NCBI GenBank assembly: GCA_035084275.1
Contig: CM068748.1
Span: 7,564,001-7,628,000, forward strand
DNA: 64,000 nt
Direction: 5' to 3'
Origin: Hydrolagus colliei
Lineage: Eukaryota
The notes beneath the pieces were generated by a model, which was not told the DNA's origin, searched no databases, and worked only from the letters and a program-made list of their open reading frames with translations. A program made the position numbers and the translations under genes. Positions 1-14,119 of the stretch are shown here, piece after piece. Within the stretch, counting starts at the first letter, position 1. Every line of letters begins with the position of its first letter.

Positions 1-107
1 ATTTAATCACTTGGTTCATCTTCATGAACAATGTTCTAAATGTTTGTACCATTCTATAATATAATTTTGAATGAAAACACTCTTTAAAGATTTTGTTAGA
101 GACATGC

Positions 108-309
108 AGCAATGCATTCACCTTTAATATGTCAGGGACACTTATGTTGAGGTTCTGGCACTTCAGTTTAATTCACTTGCTGCCTTCAATAAGGAAGGTG
201 TAATAGTCCTCTTTAAGGACATCTTTCTTGAAGGCAGCACTTGAAAGAAACTGAAATGTCAGAACCTCAACATAAATGTCCCTGACACATTAAAGGTGAA
301 TGCATTGCT
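108..309. repeat. near-perfect 200-bp palindrome (fold-back/MITE-like)
   Basis: Arm 108-169 is the reverse complement of 248-309 (4 mismatches in 62). Inner pair TGCTGCCTTCAA/TTGAAGGCAGCA. Confidence 0.9.
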
Positions 310-412
310 AATACCGGTAATGCAATAATATTCCTTACATTTGGTACAGCACCTTTCATGGTGGGAGAATGCCTCACTGCATATACTAGCATTCACAGGA
401 TATACTGCAGTA

Positions 413-756
413 TAGGGTCCGTCGATATGGAAATTTTCTGATATCGGTGGGCTCATATCGATATATACCGATATATCGATATCGCTGGGGGGGTTTTGTA
501 CTGCGCATGCGTGCGCATTACGAGGTGCGCGCGCATTTCGTGCTCTAGGCCCAGGAGGTTTGCAATGCCGGCGACAAAGTAAGTTGAAAAAGTTCACATT
601 ATACCGATATAACCGATATATCAATGGACACGATATACTGATATTTGCAATATATCGATTTTTTTAATACTGAATTTTTCGATATACCGATATATTTAAA
701 TTTCCAATATCAACATATTGATATGAAAAATTATACCGATATATCGCCGGACACTA
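413..756. mobile_element. non-autonomous hAT-type MITE
   Basis: TIRs TAGGGTCCGTCGATAT / ATATCGCCGGACACTA (14/16), perfect 8-bp TSD CTGCAGTA (405-412, 757-764), many subterminal CCGATAT/ATATCG motifs. Confidence 0.9.
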
Positions 757-831
757 CTGCAGTAACTATTTTGCTACAAATTTGTGCACAACAATATCCC
801 ACAACCAGGCATGAAGAAGATGACCAATTTT

Positions 832-1068
832 AGTTGACCAGGATACTAGGAGAAACTCTTTAAATATTGCCTTGGGATCCTTGCCATCCACCTGAACAGG
901 CAGACACTACCACTAACTATGCAGTACAATCCCCAGCACTGTGTTGGAGTGTCTAGACTGTTTGATTTCCAAGTCCCGACATGGGGTTTGAACCTGCAAC
1001 CTGATTCTATCTAATATAGCATTGACCACAATCTGACTCAGGCGAAAGTGCTAGTAATTGAGCTAGGC
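832..1068 (-). mobile_element. old DeuSINE-like SINE
   Basis: Reverse complement of the CTGTTCAGGTGGA...GATCCC..GGCA core and tRNA-like head seen at 63682-63912. Confidence 0.65.
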
Positions 1069-2853
1069 ATCAATATGTGACAATGTCACTGGTTCCTCGA
1101 TAACTAAAAGGAAAATCTTTATAAAATAGTACTGCATCATCTCAAATACGATTGTGTAAAAATGAAAGGAAAATTGAAACCCTTTTCCCCTAAGTTTTAA
1201 TGTAATTTATTGGAAATTTCAGCCTTGAACCAGATCTAATATCACTATCTAAATATGTTTTCATGATAATAATGTGTAGAATTCTAAGTCACTAAATTGA
1301 GAATTAAAAGAACTGTTGTGCTTTTAAAGATTTACTGCTAGGGTATTCAACAATAAAACATGTTCGTACAAGAGAAACCTGTGGGATATTTGTGCTGGAA
1401 CTGTTGCCCTCTGACTTCCAAGTGATTGTATCCACCATTTTCTAAGCTAAGGGGCATAAAAGACAACTAAAATCTATTCGTGCAGAAGATTGACTCACTG
1501 CATGATGTTGATATTCTTTTTGTTCTTAAGGCTCACGTGTCAACCAATTGGGACTGTAAAAAAAAAGAATTTGCTTGCTCCGTTATTATTCTAGGCTGAT
1601 AGGCAACCCGATAGACAAGAACTACACAGTGCTTAGAGTTATTCACAGGTAAGGGAATGAAGAGAAGGTGTCCCAAAATACATTTATATTTCAGTGCAGC
1701 AATATAGTGGTGGGTATTTTCCATTTGCCTTCAACAATGCAATACACTCCCAGCACTTCTTTATGGAGTCAGTTGAGACGATAAATTCCAATTAGGGGTT
1801 AAACCCACAGCCTTCTGATTTGGAGGCGAGCATGCTGTGTTGAGCTAAGTTGACACCTGGTATGTACATAAACTTCCATCCTTGTCAGTTATGTGAATGC
1901 ATTGAGATGTCCTCCAGACGTGAAAGGCATGATCGATGTACATTAAAACTATTATGTTTTGAACATTACAGTTGTGTTAATCAGTTTCACATTGCAAAGA
2001 AGTTTCATTCTCAAACTAATAAGATACTTTCCAACATTATTAAATCTGAAAAACAGAAATTCACCAGTTGAGAATATCATGTTAAATGTGTTTTATTTTT
2101 GCACAAATCACGAATTGTTCTTGCGGTATGGAATGATTCTCTGGGACTTTTCCAGTGGAGAGTGATCAACCTCAACAGAGGAGGGAAACGTAGAGATTTA
2201 TGCTGTGAAAGGATAGTCACAGGATATGAGGATAGATTTGTGGAGAACTACAGAAGAAAAATCAATCATAAAATATTTACAATTCATGTCATCTGAAATT
2301 GTACTGTGAAGGGCTGCAAGTATTTATAGTCCTAATAGTAATGCTCTAGTTCCCATTTATGAATGTACCGCATATTCAATTACCACTGGGAATAAGAGGA
2401 ATGAAATGTCATGTAGACAGATGCATTGCAAATTTTAGAGAACAAATCATTCATGGCATTAGAGATTTTTAATTAAACAAATTTAAATTACAAAATCATC
2501 TGCAAACCCAAGGGTTTGTGGGTCATGCAGTCATGTGTAAATCAAACTGCATTTAATCTGTTAGTTCTATATTGTAATTCAATATTTATACTGTGTATTG
2601 TAGCCATAATGCAGAAACTGTCAATAAGTTCCAACACTCAGTTAAGTTGCAATTGATACTGTTTGATACAATCTCTGTTTTTAGATCACCTGGGGTTTGG
2701 GAAATTTACTTTTAAATCTGATTTCAATTATATCTTTAGAATACTGGTATGATGAGTTGGTAATATGAGGTCTTGTATCATCTATATTTCAGGTGGTGAT
2801 GAACAACATTGTCTTAGTGATTATTGTCATCAACCTTGATGGTGAAATAGTCT

Positions 2854-3024
2854 TTGGTCATTTCAATGTACAACTGTTTGTGGGACACTGCTGTGCGCAA
2901 TTGGCTGCCTCATTTCACCCACAAAATATACAGTCAATTCACTTTACAGTATATTCTGTGAAGCTTTTTGGGACGTCTAGAAGACATGAAAAGCACTATA
3001 TCAAATGCAAGGATTATTATTATT
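2854..3024 (+). mobile_element. abundant Deu-core SINE, 5'-truncated
   Basis: TTGGTCATTTCAAT..CTGTTTGTGGGACACTGCTGTGCGCAATTGGCTGCC..CAGTCAATTCACTTTACAGTATATTCTGTGAAGC..CTATATCAAATGCAAGGA(TTA)n; about 20 copies or fragments in the window. Confidence 0.85.
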
Positions 3025-3340
3025 AGACTAGAAAAAAATGGTGGATAACTGAGAATCTAGAGTCTGCTTTTTACCTTTGGAAAAGGATGGTTCTGAACCT
3101 TGTATGTTTTAAAACTGCTTAAGATCCTTAATTTAACCCTGAGGATGGAAACATCAGCTAAATGTTACAATCTATTCTTCAAAGGTTTAGTGGCATTGAC
3201 ATTAGCTTCAGAGTTGGCAGGAACATTAAGTTCCATTTTAATTTTATTAAAAAGTCTTCTCTCTCATCCAAAGGAAATGGCCATAGTGGCATGAGAAAGT
3301 AACATAGTATCACTTAAAGGGGTGATAAATAATGATTGTA

Positions 3341-3597
3341 GTCCTGTAGCTCAGTGGTCAGAGCACCTGGGTTCAATTCCAGGCAGGGCAAAACCTTGAG
3401 CAAATTTCCTTACTCCACATGCCTGATAATAATCTCTTACAAAAAAAAATTGGTTGTTTTAATCTACGTCTACTGTGTGCAATTGGCTGCTGTGTTTTGC
3501 CTGCAAATGCACAGTGAATTCATTTTACAGTATTGTCTGTGAAGCGCTTAAGACATGAAAAACGCTATATCAAATGCAAAGATTATTATTATTTTAT
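3341..3597 (+). mobile_element. Deu-core SINE with tRNA-derived head
   Basis: A box TAGCTCAGTGG, B box GGTTCAATTCC, then the same core and (TTA)n tail. Confidence 0.8.
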
Positions 3598-4584
3598 TAA
3601 ATAATATGTTAGGAAGCACCCCAAAGTTTCAGGTCAAAGAGTAAAATAGTGAAGGCTGGATATAACATCAAAAAGAGATGTAGAAGCATTTTGGTAGAAA
3701 ATTCTAATAAGGAACCACACAGTAAAGGTTTTGCAATATGAACTGGGATCGAAAGCTTCTTTCACATAGCTACTATTCTGTGTGGAGAGGGAGGGCTGCT
3801 CTTATGATGTTGGCTTACATTATCCTAGGCATTTTAACTGCAATACTGAAGGCAATGTCTTTTTAAAACATTGTACTGTATATGAAAATTTCTAAATCTT
3901 AATTTCTGAAAGTGTAATTTCATAATTTCTTTGATCCTTTCCTAATGATTATTTTGAAATCAGCATGATAAATATGTCAAGGGTAATAACTTATAAAGAT
4001 CAACTAGCTTCTTTAGAGCTCATTAATCCGGTTGATTTGTAATGTTACAGCTGGCATTTGATTTAATGACCAAACTTACAACTGCCAAATTTAATTTACT
4101 GGAAGAGTCAAAATAGTGTGTTCATACTCTATTGATAAATCAATGGATTTGTTGCCAAAGTGTTCACATATGTGATGCGTACTTGTGTCTTATTCTTTTT
4201 CAATTAGTAATGATAAAATGCCCACCTTAAGAACTATTTAAGCAGCTAATATATTAACAGCATTGTAGCTTTGAGACTGGTAATCAGATGCCGTGAATGG
4301 TTTGGATATGTACATACACTTGTCTCTGTGATATGTACGTACACACTCTGACGTAATAGTCGGTCTGCAATTTTAAGTAAAAATCCTTGCAATTTTCAGT
4401 TATGCTTTGGCCTTGAGTAAGTGATATTACAGAACTGAGTTATGAGTTCCATTTTCTCATAATAATGCATAATAATGCTCCCTTCAGACCTCTATGCCGT
4501 ACCCCAAAGCTTTGGCTCCCAGGCACCAATGTGAAGCACTTTAAGACATCCTCCCAATGTGGATGGTGCAATATCATCACAGAC

Positions 4585-4705
4585 TTTCACAGCACAAAAG
4601 GAGGCCATTCGGCCCATCGAATCTGTGCTTGCTCTTTGAAAAAAGCTATTCAAAGTCAATCCCACTCTCTGACTCTCTCTCTCTCCATACACCCACAAAC
4701 CCCAC
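4585..4705 (-). mobile_element. CR1-type LINE 3' end
   Basis: Minus strand GATGGGCCGAATGGCCTCCTTTTGTGCTGTGAAA 3' motif; same sequence as 32165-32280. Confidence 0.7.
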
Positions 4706-6584
4706 ATACATATACATTATATATACCTATATATATAATATATAATATATGTGTGTACAATGTTGTTGATTGCAACTTTAAGCCATCCAGTACTTCATCA
4801 AAAATTATTTTGATTTCAGAATCTGAACTAGCATACTTTTTGCTCCCTCGTTTTAGGGCTAATGCTATGTATGTCTGAGACTTAGAAATAGATCAACTTT
4901 TCTTTGAGATTCCAACAACTGACATTATGGAACATTAGTTGTGCTTTGCAAAGCGCGTGTTACATACTGGCTGATGCACCTATGCACAAGAACAATGCGC
5001 ACCAGGAAACAGAATGTCAGTGACGTGATCACTGACATCCCATCTGTGCATCAATTTACTTATTAACCGGAGCCCAATTTCAACTCTTAATCTTTTATAT
5101 GCATTATAAACTCAGTATCCTGATTACTTGCTAACAAAAATCACAGATTTATATTCTGTACCTTGAAAGAGGTGATATTATATTATCCACCATAATGACA
5201 TGGAAACAATTTTATTTTCCCTCTTGTTTCCCTTAACTCTTTTCCTGGTTAGGTAGTGTCCAGGATGGGATAAACTCGCAGATCCTGATAGTTTTCTAGT
5301 ACTGTATCTTGCTCAACTAGCTGTTTATCATGTGTAAGGCCACACACTGAATGCCAATGGTTTGTTTGACAGTGAGATACATTGCAGCTTTAAGCTATTC
5401 AAATTTATCTTTGATGAACGTAATCATATGTAAATGCTCCAGAATGATTTTAAACTAAGGATGCTGAGCAGAATTTTGCATCTCAGCTACGATTAACTAA
5501 TTTAGCATTGACCAAGGACCAAGTCTGCAATTTTCGTGGTCTGTATAGCCTCACCATGCAATATAAAGTAATTCCTTCAGAAAATGTTGAACAATAACAA
5601 CAATAATTATATTTGTAGAGCGCATTTCATGTTGAGAAGATGTCCAAGCTGTTTAATGAAATATTTGGTAGGAAATTTTCCATTGCTTAAAATGAGCTAG
5701 ATTTACGTTTTTACTGAGGCATAATGACACGAAACCTACCAATTTACAAGGTGGTTAGAAAAGAAATAATTAGAGAATAATTATTAAAGGTCATTTAATG
5801 GACATAGTGGAGTACTGGTATGTGCTTTAAAATTCATTCATCATTGTCAAATATGCATTGCAGTGTGCAAATTTGAATGGGTTATGTTGTAAAGCTACAA
5901 TAGTAATTCAAGAAAATGTAATTAACCTCGACATCTTTTCTGCTTTTGACTAAAGACATAAACAGAATAGTTTTCAGCTTTCAGTGGGTACAAAGGAGGA
6001 ACCCAGAATGGATGGATCCTAGATTTTAAAATAAAACAAATTACGACAGACAGTTCTTAATGGTACAAAATCCTAATGTACTCTACATTTTCTCTGAAGA
6101 CAGATGAACAGCTTAGTTTTGACAGTTTCTTGACTCTTGTGTTGTGTGAACTATTTGAGATTCTCTCCCCTCCCCCGATCAGTTACAGCACAAAAGTCCT
6201 GGTAGCTAAAATACTGCATTCATCAGTAGCTATGACAACCTAAGTTAGAACTATTACAACTCTGTCAACAAAAAACACCATTCTTGGTTTGTGTACATAA
6301 CAATAGCATTTTCAGTACCTTTCTATTCAACATTTCATTCTTTGTAATATAATTTTTTTAATTCTTGTTTGGGGATTTAGGTTTTAAAATAAACCACAGT
6401 TCTCATTACCGATTCTATCTCAGTGGGTAATTCTCAGCTCTGAGTCATAAGGTTGTGGGCTGTGTCTGTGGGAAAGCTGCATTGATGAGATGCTATCCTT
6501 TGAATGAGATGTTAAGCCAAGGTCCTGATGCCTCTTCAGAAGGATGTTAAAGATCCAAAGACACTATAGTGAATGCCTGTTTTA

Positions 6585-6812
6585 CAACAACAACAAAATT
6601 ATACTTGCAAAATTATACTTGCCTCTTTCACGACAAGAGGACGTCCCAAGGCACTGGACAGTCACCGTTTCAGACCCAAGCTGGGGACAGGGAGGAGGGA
6701 AGGGGGAGATAAGGAGTTGCCGATGGGACCATCGAAGAGGAGAGTCTTGAGGCGGGACTTGAAGGAGGCCAGGGAGAGAGTGAGGCGGAGGGACTGCGGG
6801 ATGGAGTTCCAG
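6585..6812 (-). mobile_element. L2-type LINE 3' end
   Basis: Minus strand TGGAACTCCATCCC...TTCAAGTCCCGCCTCAAGACTCTCCTCTTC (WNS.P..FK..LKT.LF) and tail GTGAAAGAGGC..(TTG)n; abuts an old SINE fragment at about 6415-6575. Confidence 0.75.
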
Positions 6813-9469
6813 GTATCCAGAATTGACTTTACACTCAGTCAGTGCTGGTATTGAAATTACGCTCAACCAGACCAGATCTCCCCCTCCCACCTCCCCCAGC
6901 CATAAATTAATTGTAGACAAAGATAGACAAAATTGGTCATTCTCTTAATGCAAGACCCAGCTGTGAACAATTTGACTTTTAAATTTTAACTTGATAAGAT
7001 TTGCTATTATCAAATGCAAAGATTACTATTTTAAGTGTTAAACTTCAGTTTAAATATTTATTGGACTTTATCGCTACATTTTAGAACCAAAGCACTTGCT
7101 ATATATAGTCTTGCAGCCTATATTTTATAGTGATCTGGATGTTCTATGCAGTTACATTGGGTCTGAATTTTGGCAAGCAAACAGTCATTTTAATGTAGCA
7201 CGTCCTTAAATTAAACATCAGTCTGCTGTGTATCAACAATTAATAGGAATGCTAGAATGGTTTTAAATACTGTAAATGGTTGTTGATGCAATTTCAATCA
7301 TTTTCATGTTTTGTTCTCATTAAATGATTGGATTGTACAATAATTAAATTGACATCAAATTGGTAACAGTTGCTGATCTTCCCAAATCTACTTGAGACTA
7401 GAACAAATGTAATGTTCTCATTCCCACAATGGCTAAAATCAACTTGACATAGCCTATAATCAGGTGGATAAAGTTCCAACATGTAGTACAATGCTAGTTT
7501 ACTGGACAAACTGTGAAATGTTCAAATTCTTCACATTAGAAAACAATTTGAGCGTTATTCTAAACTACTTCAGGAGACAGGCAAAGCCATTTAAAAATGT
7601 ATTGGTGTATAAAAATTTAGAGGTGTCAAATGATATTAAGGAAAAGGCTAATTCAACAAGAAAAAATGCAAAGTGAAAATTATGATATAAAATATTGTTC
7701 CCCATTGCAGGAAATGAGAGAACATACGATAGATTGAGCAGATGGGTGGCAACTTTATTGACTGCAGCCTCGCATGCTTGTTATACAAACCTCAATTGAA
7801 GCATCTAACATGTTAGATTTTGTTTCAAATTACTTTTGCAGTGATTTAAGTATTGAATACTTGGCTCAAGTTAAAGGTTGTAAATTAGTAAACCATCATT
7901 AACTGCAATCTTGGAAGTGTCAGTAACTGATAAAATCTATCTTTTTAAACTCATTCAATTAAGACTAGTTTTCAAATCCTCTTTCCACAATAAACCAAGG
8001 CATTGCATACAAAATGTAAATATTTACAGTTAAGGGAGTGGTATGCTTCAAAAGAAATAATTTAACCTCTTAACTACAATTCTTTCCAAAAACATAGGTT
8101 ATCAACACAGTTCTTTTAGTATAAATCTAAGAAGTTGATGTAATCTAATATCCTTTCAATGTACCTCATTTAGTTTTATGATTAGAACCTTCTGATTGAA
8201 AATAATTATGTTGTTTACTGACATTTACTGATTTAACCTTGTTCTTTATGCCATGCTTCATTTTAATACCTTGAATCACTTTATAGGCAGCTAGTTTTAT
8301 TTTGTTTTCCCTTTCACCCACACAAAATATCAAATATGTTGTTTCCTCCAGTTAGTTTATGGTTCTCTAACTCAATGAAGTTAGGAACACGTTATTCCGT
8401 CATATTAGTATTAAATCTTAAGTTCTATCTCATTTTCCTGTATCCGACAATCCCCCAGGTAAAATTATTCATTAAACACTGCTGTTTATTGGACATTCAC
8501 TGTGACAATTGGCTGCTACATTTGCCTACAAAATACACAGTCACTACACACTACAGTAAAATCATCCTGTGAAACATGTTGTGATGTTCTCCTGTTTTGA
8601 AAGTCACTTCAAATACAACAATTATTTCTACATATTTGCTAATATTGAATCATATTTAATGTAATTGACAATGTTCCAACATTTTCTTTCAAATATCCCT
8701 GCAATTGTTATTGCTTTATATGTTCCATTTAGTGATTTAACATGATGTGTTTTAAATACAGGTATGTACATACTATTTGCCCACAAAATACGGTAACTCT
8801 ACTTTACAGTATATCCTAAGAAGCATTTTTAAACATCCTTTCAACAAGCATTGTACCAAATGTAAGGATTATAATTTCTATTATTCCTAAAAATATAATG
8901 TCTGCTTTCGGTGCTGTACTCTATTATCAAAAACCTCTCAGACATTATTGTGCCTTTGTCAAGAGCAATTTATTGTAATGCTTGTGCTGATCTGAAAATC
9001 AAGTCATGTACTGTACTTGTAAACTTGCTACTTCACTTGCCATGGTCAGAGTAATGTGCGTTATTAAAGCTTCATTTAATAAGAGATATATGACTCATTC
9101 TCTTTCTGAAACTCATTCTACTACTGTAATTTTATGAAAATTGAATGTACTGTATTGCACATTTATAGCGAGCTGTGGCTTTTTACAGATGGCTAACATG
9201 ACAAGAAAATAATAGTGTGCATGTATGACATGTTAGTGAAAGAAAGTAACAGGAATAGATAGAAAGTGGAAAAAAAACATGTTAAAATAATTTGGACTTT
9301 AGAAAAAAATCAAACCAACATACACTAGTGACAGAATTGTCACTTAATGATGTTTCATTAAGCTTTTCACTTTAGAACTAACTGTTCCCTTGGTATATCT
9401 GAAAATATTGCTAACTGTTCCCTTGGTATATCTATCTCATAAAGTATATTTTATACCTGTATCGGGTCT

Positions 9470-9627
9470 CCGATCACCCCCACCTTCATCTGGCTCCCCA
9501 TTCTTCAGAGGATCAAATTCAAGATCCTTGTCCTCACTTTCAAGGCCCTGTGTCAGGCCTGAGTTGGGGACATCGAGGAGTGGGTATTCGGAGTTGCCGA
9601 ATGGACCATCGAAGACGAGAGTCTTAT
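9470..9627. mobile_element. two L2 fragments joined in opposite orientation
   Basis: 9470-9550 (+): ATCACCCC..CATCTGGCTCCC..AGGATCAAATTCAAGATCCTTGTCCTCACTTTCAAGGCCCTG (ITP..HWLP..RI.FKIL.LTFKAL). 9553-9627 resembles the minus-strand L2 3' piece at 6675-6750. Confidence 0.7.
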
Positions 9628-12600
9628 AAAGTAACAGGAGAACAAGCAATCCTACTTTCAAAAACAAAATTGTCCGTTTAAAGTCATTAACTAGCTCTTG
9701 AAATGTTATTAAAATGTTAATGTTTAATAACACGTTAATGTTAAAAGTACTGTAATTGGGTAATGGTTAATGTGGGAGCTGGCCTTATGGTGCAGATTTC
9801 TGCCATCTCAAACATCCTATGAGCAGTACTCATTGCAGGTGCAGAGCTGCTAAAGCCTTCAACTGCATCTGGGCTGTATTATCATGTGGTGCACTGCTGG
9901 AGATAATTGTTTTTAAGGGGTACAGTGCTTTTAGTGTAGAGAAATGTATTACTCAATCATCCCTGAAACTCCACTGACATGGGTTCCTGCTTCGTAGCTC
10001 AATGAATGTACTCCTTCACAAACTGTGTCACTAAAACTGAGCACTTTCACTTTATTTGCAACTTGCATTTATATAGTACCTGTCACATAAAGAAATGTTT
10101 CATAGTAGATACTGTATCACAATGTACTACATTGCCTGATTTACTGAATCCCACATTTCAGGCATCTCCATACCCATTCAAGACATATTACACAGGCAGG
10201 AAACCTGCCACAGCTTTTCCACAGCCATTAAGGACATTAATGGCATGGAACAAAACATTCCAAACAGTGGCTTTAAAACAATAGCGCAGGTTATATAACT
10301 AGGGTGATGCTCCCTCCACTGTTGAACTGTTCTCCACCATAAATAAACCATTTATTTTGTCTGAGACAGAGAAAAGGTTTTTGTCAAGCAGAACACAACT
10401 AAATGAGTACTAATGGAATAAATTACCTCATTTACACTAGCTGAACCTGATCTTTAAATTCACCAACAAATGATTACTGCACATGAAAAAAACCTGGCTA
10501 TATTTTTAGCAAACCATTTAAGAGTGTTCATTAACACTGCTGAAAGGAGATCAACATGAAGTGCAAGCATCAAAAAGAACAAAATCTCTGAGAATTTTCA
10601 GCTGGAAAGTCTTAAAGTGCTCTTTACATTCGAGAAGAGGTAATCACATTGACAGAGTTGTAGAGAACCGAATAATTAAAGGAAACTTGTGGCAATATAT
10701 GATTGGAAAAATAGATAAGAACACTGGTGGGAAGTGTGAATAGCAGCAGAGATGCAGCAAACAACTATTTCATCTGCTTGTTTCCTGCCACAAACAATAA
10801 ACTTGACAATAATTACTGTCAAACACTTGAAATGTTTCGATGCATAACACACTAAACGAGTTCTTCAAGAACTTTTAATTGTTTTACAGCATCCTAAGAA
10901 AACTTTTTTTAAAGCTTGCATTTATTTCCTGCAATGACAGAACCTTGTTTTTTTTCCGTTTTTTTTGAGTTCAGCAATTTTTTTTACAATGCAGTAAATC
11001 AGCTTTGTGATACATGGGGTCATGAAGAAGTCACTGTTTATTGCTCCTCTTAGCTTGCCAAAAATGCTAAACAAAAGGGTGGTGGGCTCTGCTTGTTATA
11101 ACAGAAGTTATTCTGAGAATCATGGTAATTCTCAGAATCAGAGCCTTTTTGTGTACTTCAGGATAGTTTAAAGTTATTGTAAATATAGTTACTGCTGTTC
11201 AATTCGTTGGATGTGCTTTTATATAATTCACGCCACTAAACACAATATTTGAGACAAATTTTGAAATTATATAATATATATATATTCACAAGATCATTCT
11301 TTTAAAAAAGGGTTATTTTGCGTGACTTTATGATTAGTCCGAAAGTGATCAAAGCAATTCTGTGCTTTTCAGAAAAGCAAGCAGGTGATAATGGTAATCA
11401 CTAGTAAATGTCAGCAGGCACTAACTAGGGTAGAAATTACTTGATTGAAATACCTGGAATATGACTGTAGAAACCTGATTCGATTAACATTAGAATACAA
11501 GAGATAGAAGAACTACAGATGAGATTCAATCAAGATACAATTTTGGCATAGGATTGAGAAGGTCCAAGAAGTGAAAAATCATTGTTCTACCCATCCTCAT
11601 TTCCATTGCTTCTCTCCCCAGAAATAGACGGTGTTATTTAATTCACATCATTTAAGACATAGAACATGTAACTAGGTTGTCTATTTAAGAGCAATGATAT
11701 GGAGCCCAGTATATATTTTACTTCTAAGTTTTATATTTGTATTGTAGCAGGCAAAAATAAACAAAAGACTTGACTGTCAGCTTCAAGGGAAGATCTTTTA
11801 TATGCTCTGACTCTAGTCTATGACTTAGCATTATATTTCAAGGCTAAATAATGTAAGGCTTTGAGACTTAACACGTTTATCTTCCACTTTGGACATCATA
11901 ATCTTACGGTTATATAGAGCTATCTTATTTTAATGAAGGATGTGGAGGGCATTGATTCAGAGTGTGAGTCACATGTATGTAACTGAACTCTTAAGAAATA
12001 TAGTAAATCACTAGTAATATTGACATCAAACTGTTATTTCTCCAAACTTAATTAAAATGTTTAAATGTTTACTTCACAAGCTTTTATTGATATTTGTAAA
12101 GGCCACAAACAGCAGTGAATAATGATTTCTCATGGGTGATAATGAGCCAGTAATATAATACAGTAATAATAATCCTTGAATTTGATATAGTGCTTTTCAC
12201 GTCTTCTGGACATCTCAAAGCGCTTCAAAGAATATACTGTAAAGTGAATTGACTGTACAGTATATTTGTAGGAGAAATGTTTCATGTTAAAAGAAATCTG
12301 AAGCAACTGGTTACTGGTGTGGTAAGCTGTGAAATGTTCTGCTGCTTCCCTGCTTTCCTAAAAATCAATGTGCACTTATGGTTCTTGTTACCTAAATGCT
12401 ACCAGATCACTCATTGCATTTAATGTAATATGAATGGACCTTATAGCAGTGGTTTATGTCTCCATTCAGCAATTCTGTATTTTATTGAAATGGCTGTGAC
12501 TGCACAAGCACATCATGTGGCATAAAAATACCCTGAGCACCAGGACCAGCTGTTTCTTATCCAGGACATCCATTGATTATAGTTTATTTCATATGTTTAA

Positions 12601-12699
12601 GCATGCAATCTCCCTATTAAAAATAACTATGAATGATAAAAACAGTACTGGCAGATTTATGCAACTTCAATGGCCTCACTCTTGAAATGAAATGAATGT

Positions 12700-12940
12700 G
12701 AACACCGATTTAAGGGTAGTAAACATCAATTTCAGGACAGAAACCAATAAGTATTTATTTGCCCAAAGGCAATTAACAATTGGAACTGGTTATCGGCCAC
12801 TGTGCTTGCTTGATGCCGGGATGCTGGGCTCGTTAACAAAAGAGTTTGATGCTCTAATTGGAGAATGGTGGGTATTCTGGGAAGATGAAATCAAATGGGC
12901 CAAATAGCTTTCTTCATCTGAATCTTTCTTGTGATATTGT
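12700..12940 (+). mobile_element. CR1-type LINE 3' end
   Basis: Degenerate FR...KY.F.QR....WN.L pattern followed by AAATGGGCCAAATAGCTTTCTTCATCTG tail. Confidence 0.6.
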
Positions 12941-14119
12941 GATGTGCACCTTATCATAAGTTTGTCTCACTATGGATTCAAACTATATTTTCGAAAAAAC
13001 CCACAAGGTTAACAACAATTATAAAAGGGTGGATTACAGGACCAGTAACACAAGTTCCAATTACAGTATATTCTTCAGAAACCCGAATGAATAGGATCCT
13101 TTGAGATTTTATGCTTACAGTATCCCTGCTAATAGATAGATCATTTGACTGCCTCTTTGATCATTTTCCACCTCAAACTCCTCTTGACCCCCACCTCTCT
13201 CAATTCTATCATCCATGATTATCCAGTGCCTTGAGGTGTCTTCCAGGTGGAAAAGGCGCCATATAAACACATTTAATATGAGTTGATTTACTCTGAACCA
13301 GAATTATCTGTAAACCAGAATTAATTCTAATTTGACAACTTCCATTCAGTTTATTGAAAACTGCAAGTGCAATTTTGTTGTTGTCATTGTTGTTTTTGTT
13401 GAAAAACTCTAACTGGATGGAAAATTCATGATGGCTTACGTCTGGTTTCCTCATGAGCAAAACCATCATTTATTTTTTAATTATTCTTTTTTGAGTGAAC
13501 AGCAGCTACACTCCTCAAAGCCACTGCAAGATTTTTGATTCAATCATTTTGTTATTCTCCCAGAATTAGTTCTGTCTTGAGTTTGTTGAGTAGAACAGAA
13601 CTAAAAACTTTTCCCAGGACTGTTACAATAAGCTATATCTCCCTTTGGCAATTTGAAACTAATTCTTGCACTACATTTATTTGAAGGGTTCCCCCAGTGC
13701 CTCGCATTTTCTGCCATATTCTGTATTATGCATTTTTGTATTACAGTGTTATCAATTTGTTTTTTGAATGGTGTCCTGGGATCTTTAATACGTATTCATC
13801 TGAACAGCTGCGGTTTGGTTGAAATATTGCAATTAAAAACACCTTTATTTTGAAGGAAAATAGAAAATGCTAGAAATACTCAGTAGACCAGTTAGCAACT
13901 GAAAGAAGACAAGCAAACATCTATTTATATTGTCACTGCCTGACTGAAGACATAAATCATAGATGGATTCAGACATGTCTGCTGATACTAAAAACAAAGG
14001 CACTCCATTTGCAAGATATCACCCTGTCTGTCCATATTTGGAGATTTATTTTGCATCTGAATTGAAGGATAATTACCAATGATAAATGACATGATACATG
14101 CAGCCTCTGTGATTTATTG

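Noticed and set aside
9437-9733. 98-aa acidic ORF resembling an exon
   Set aside because: Composed of two L2 fragments.
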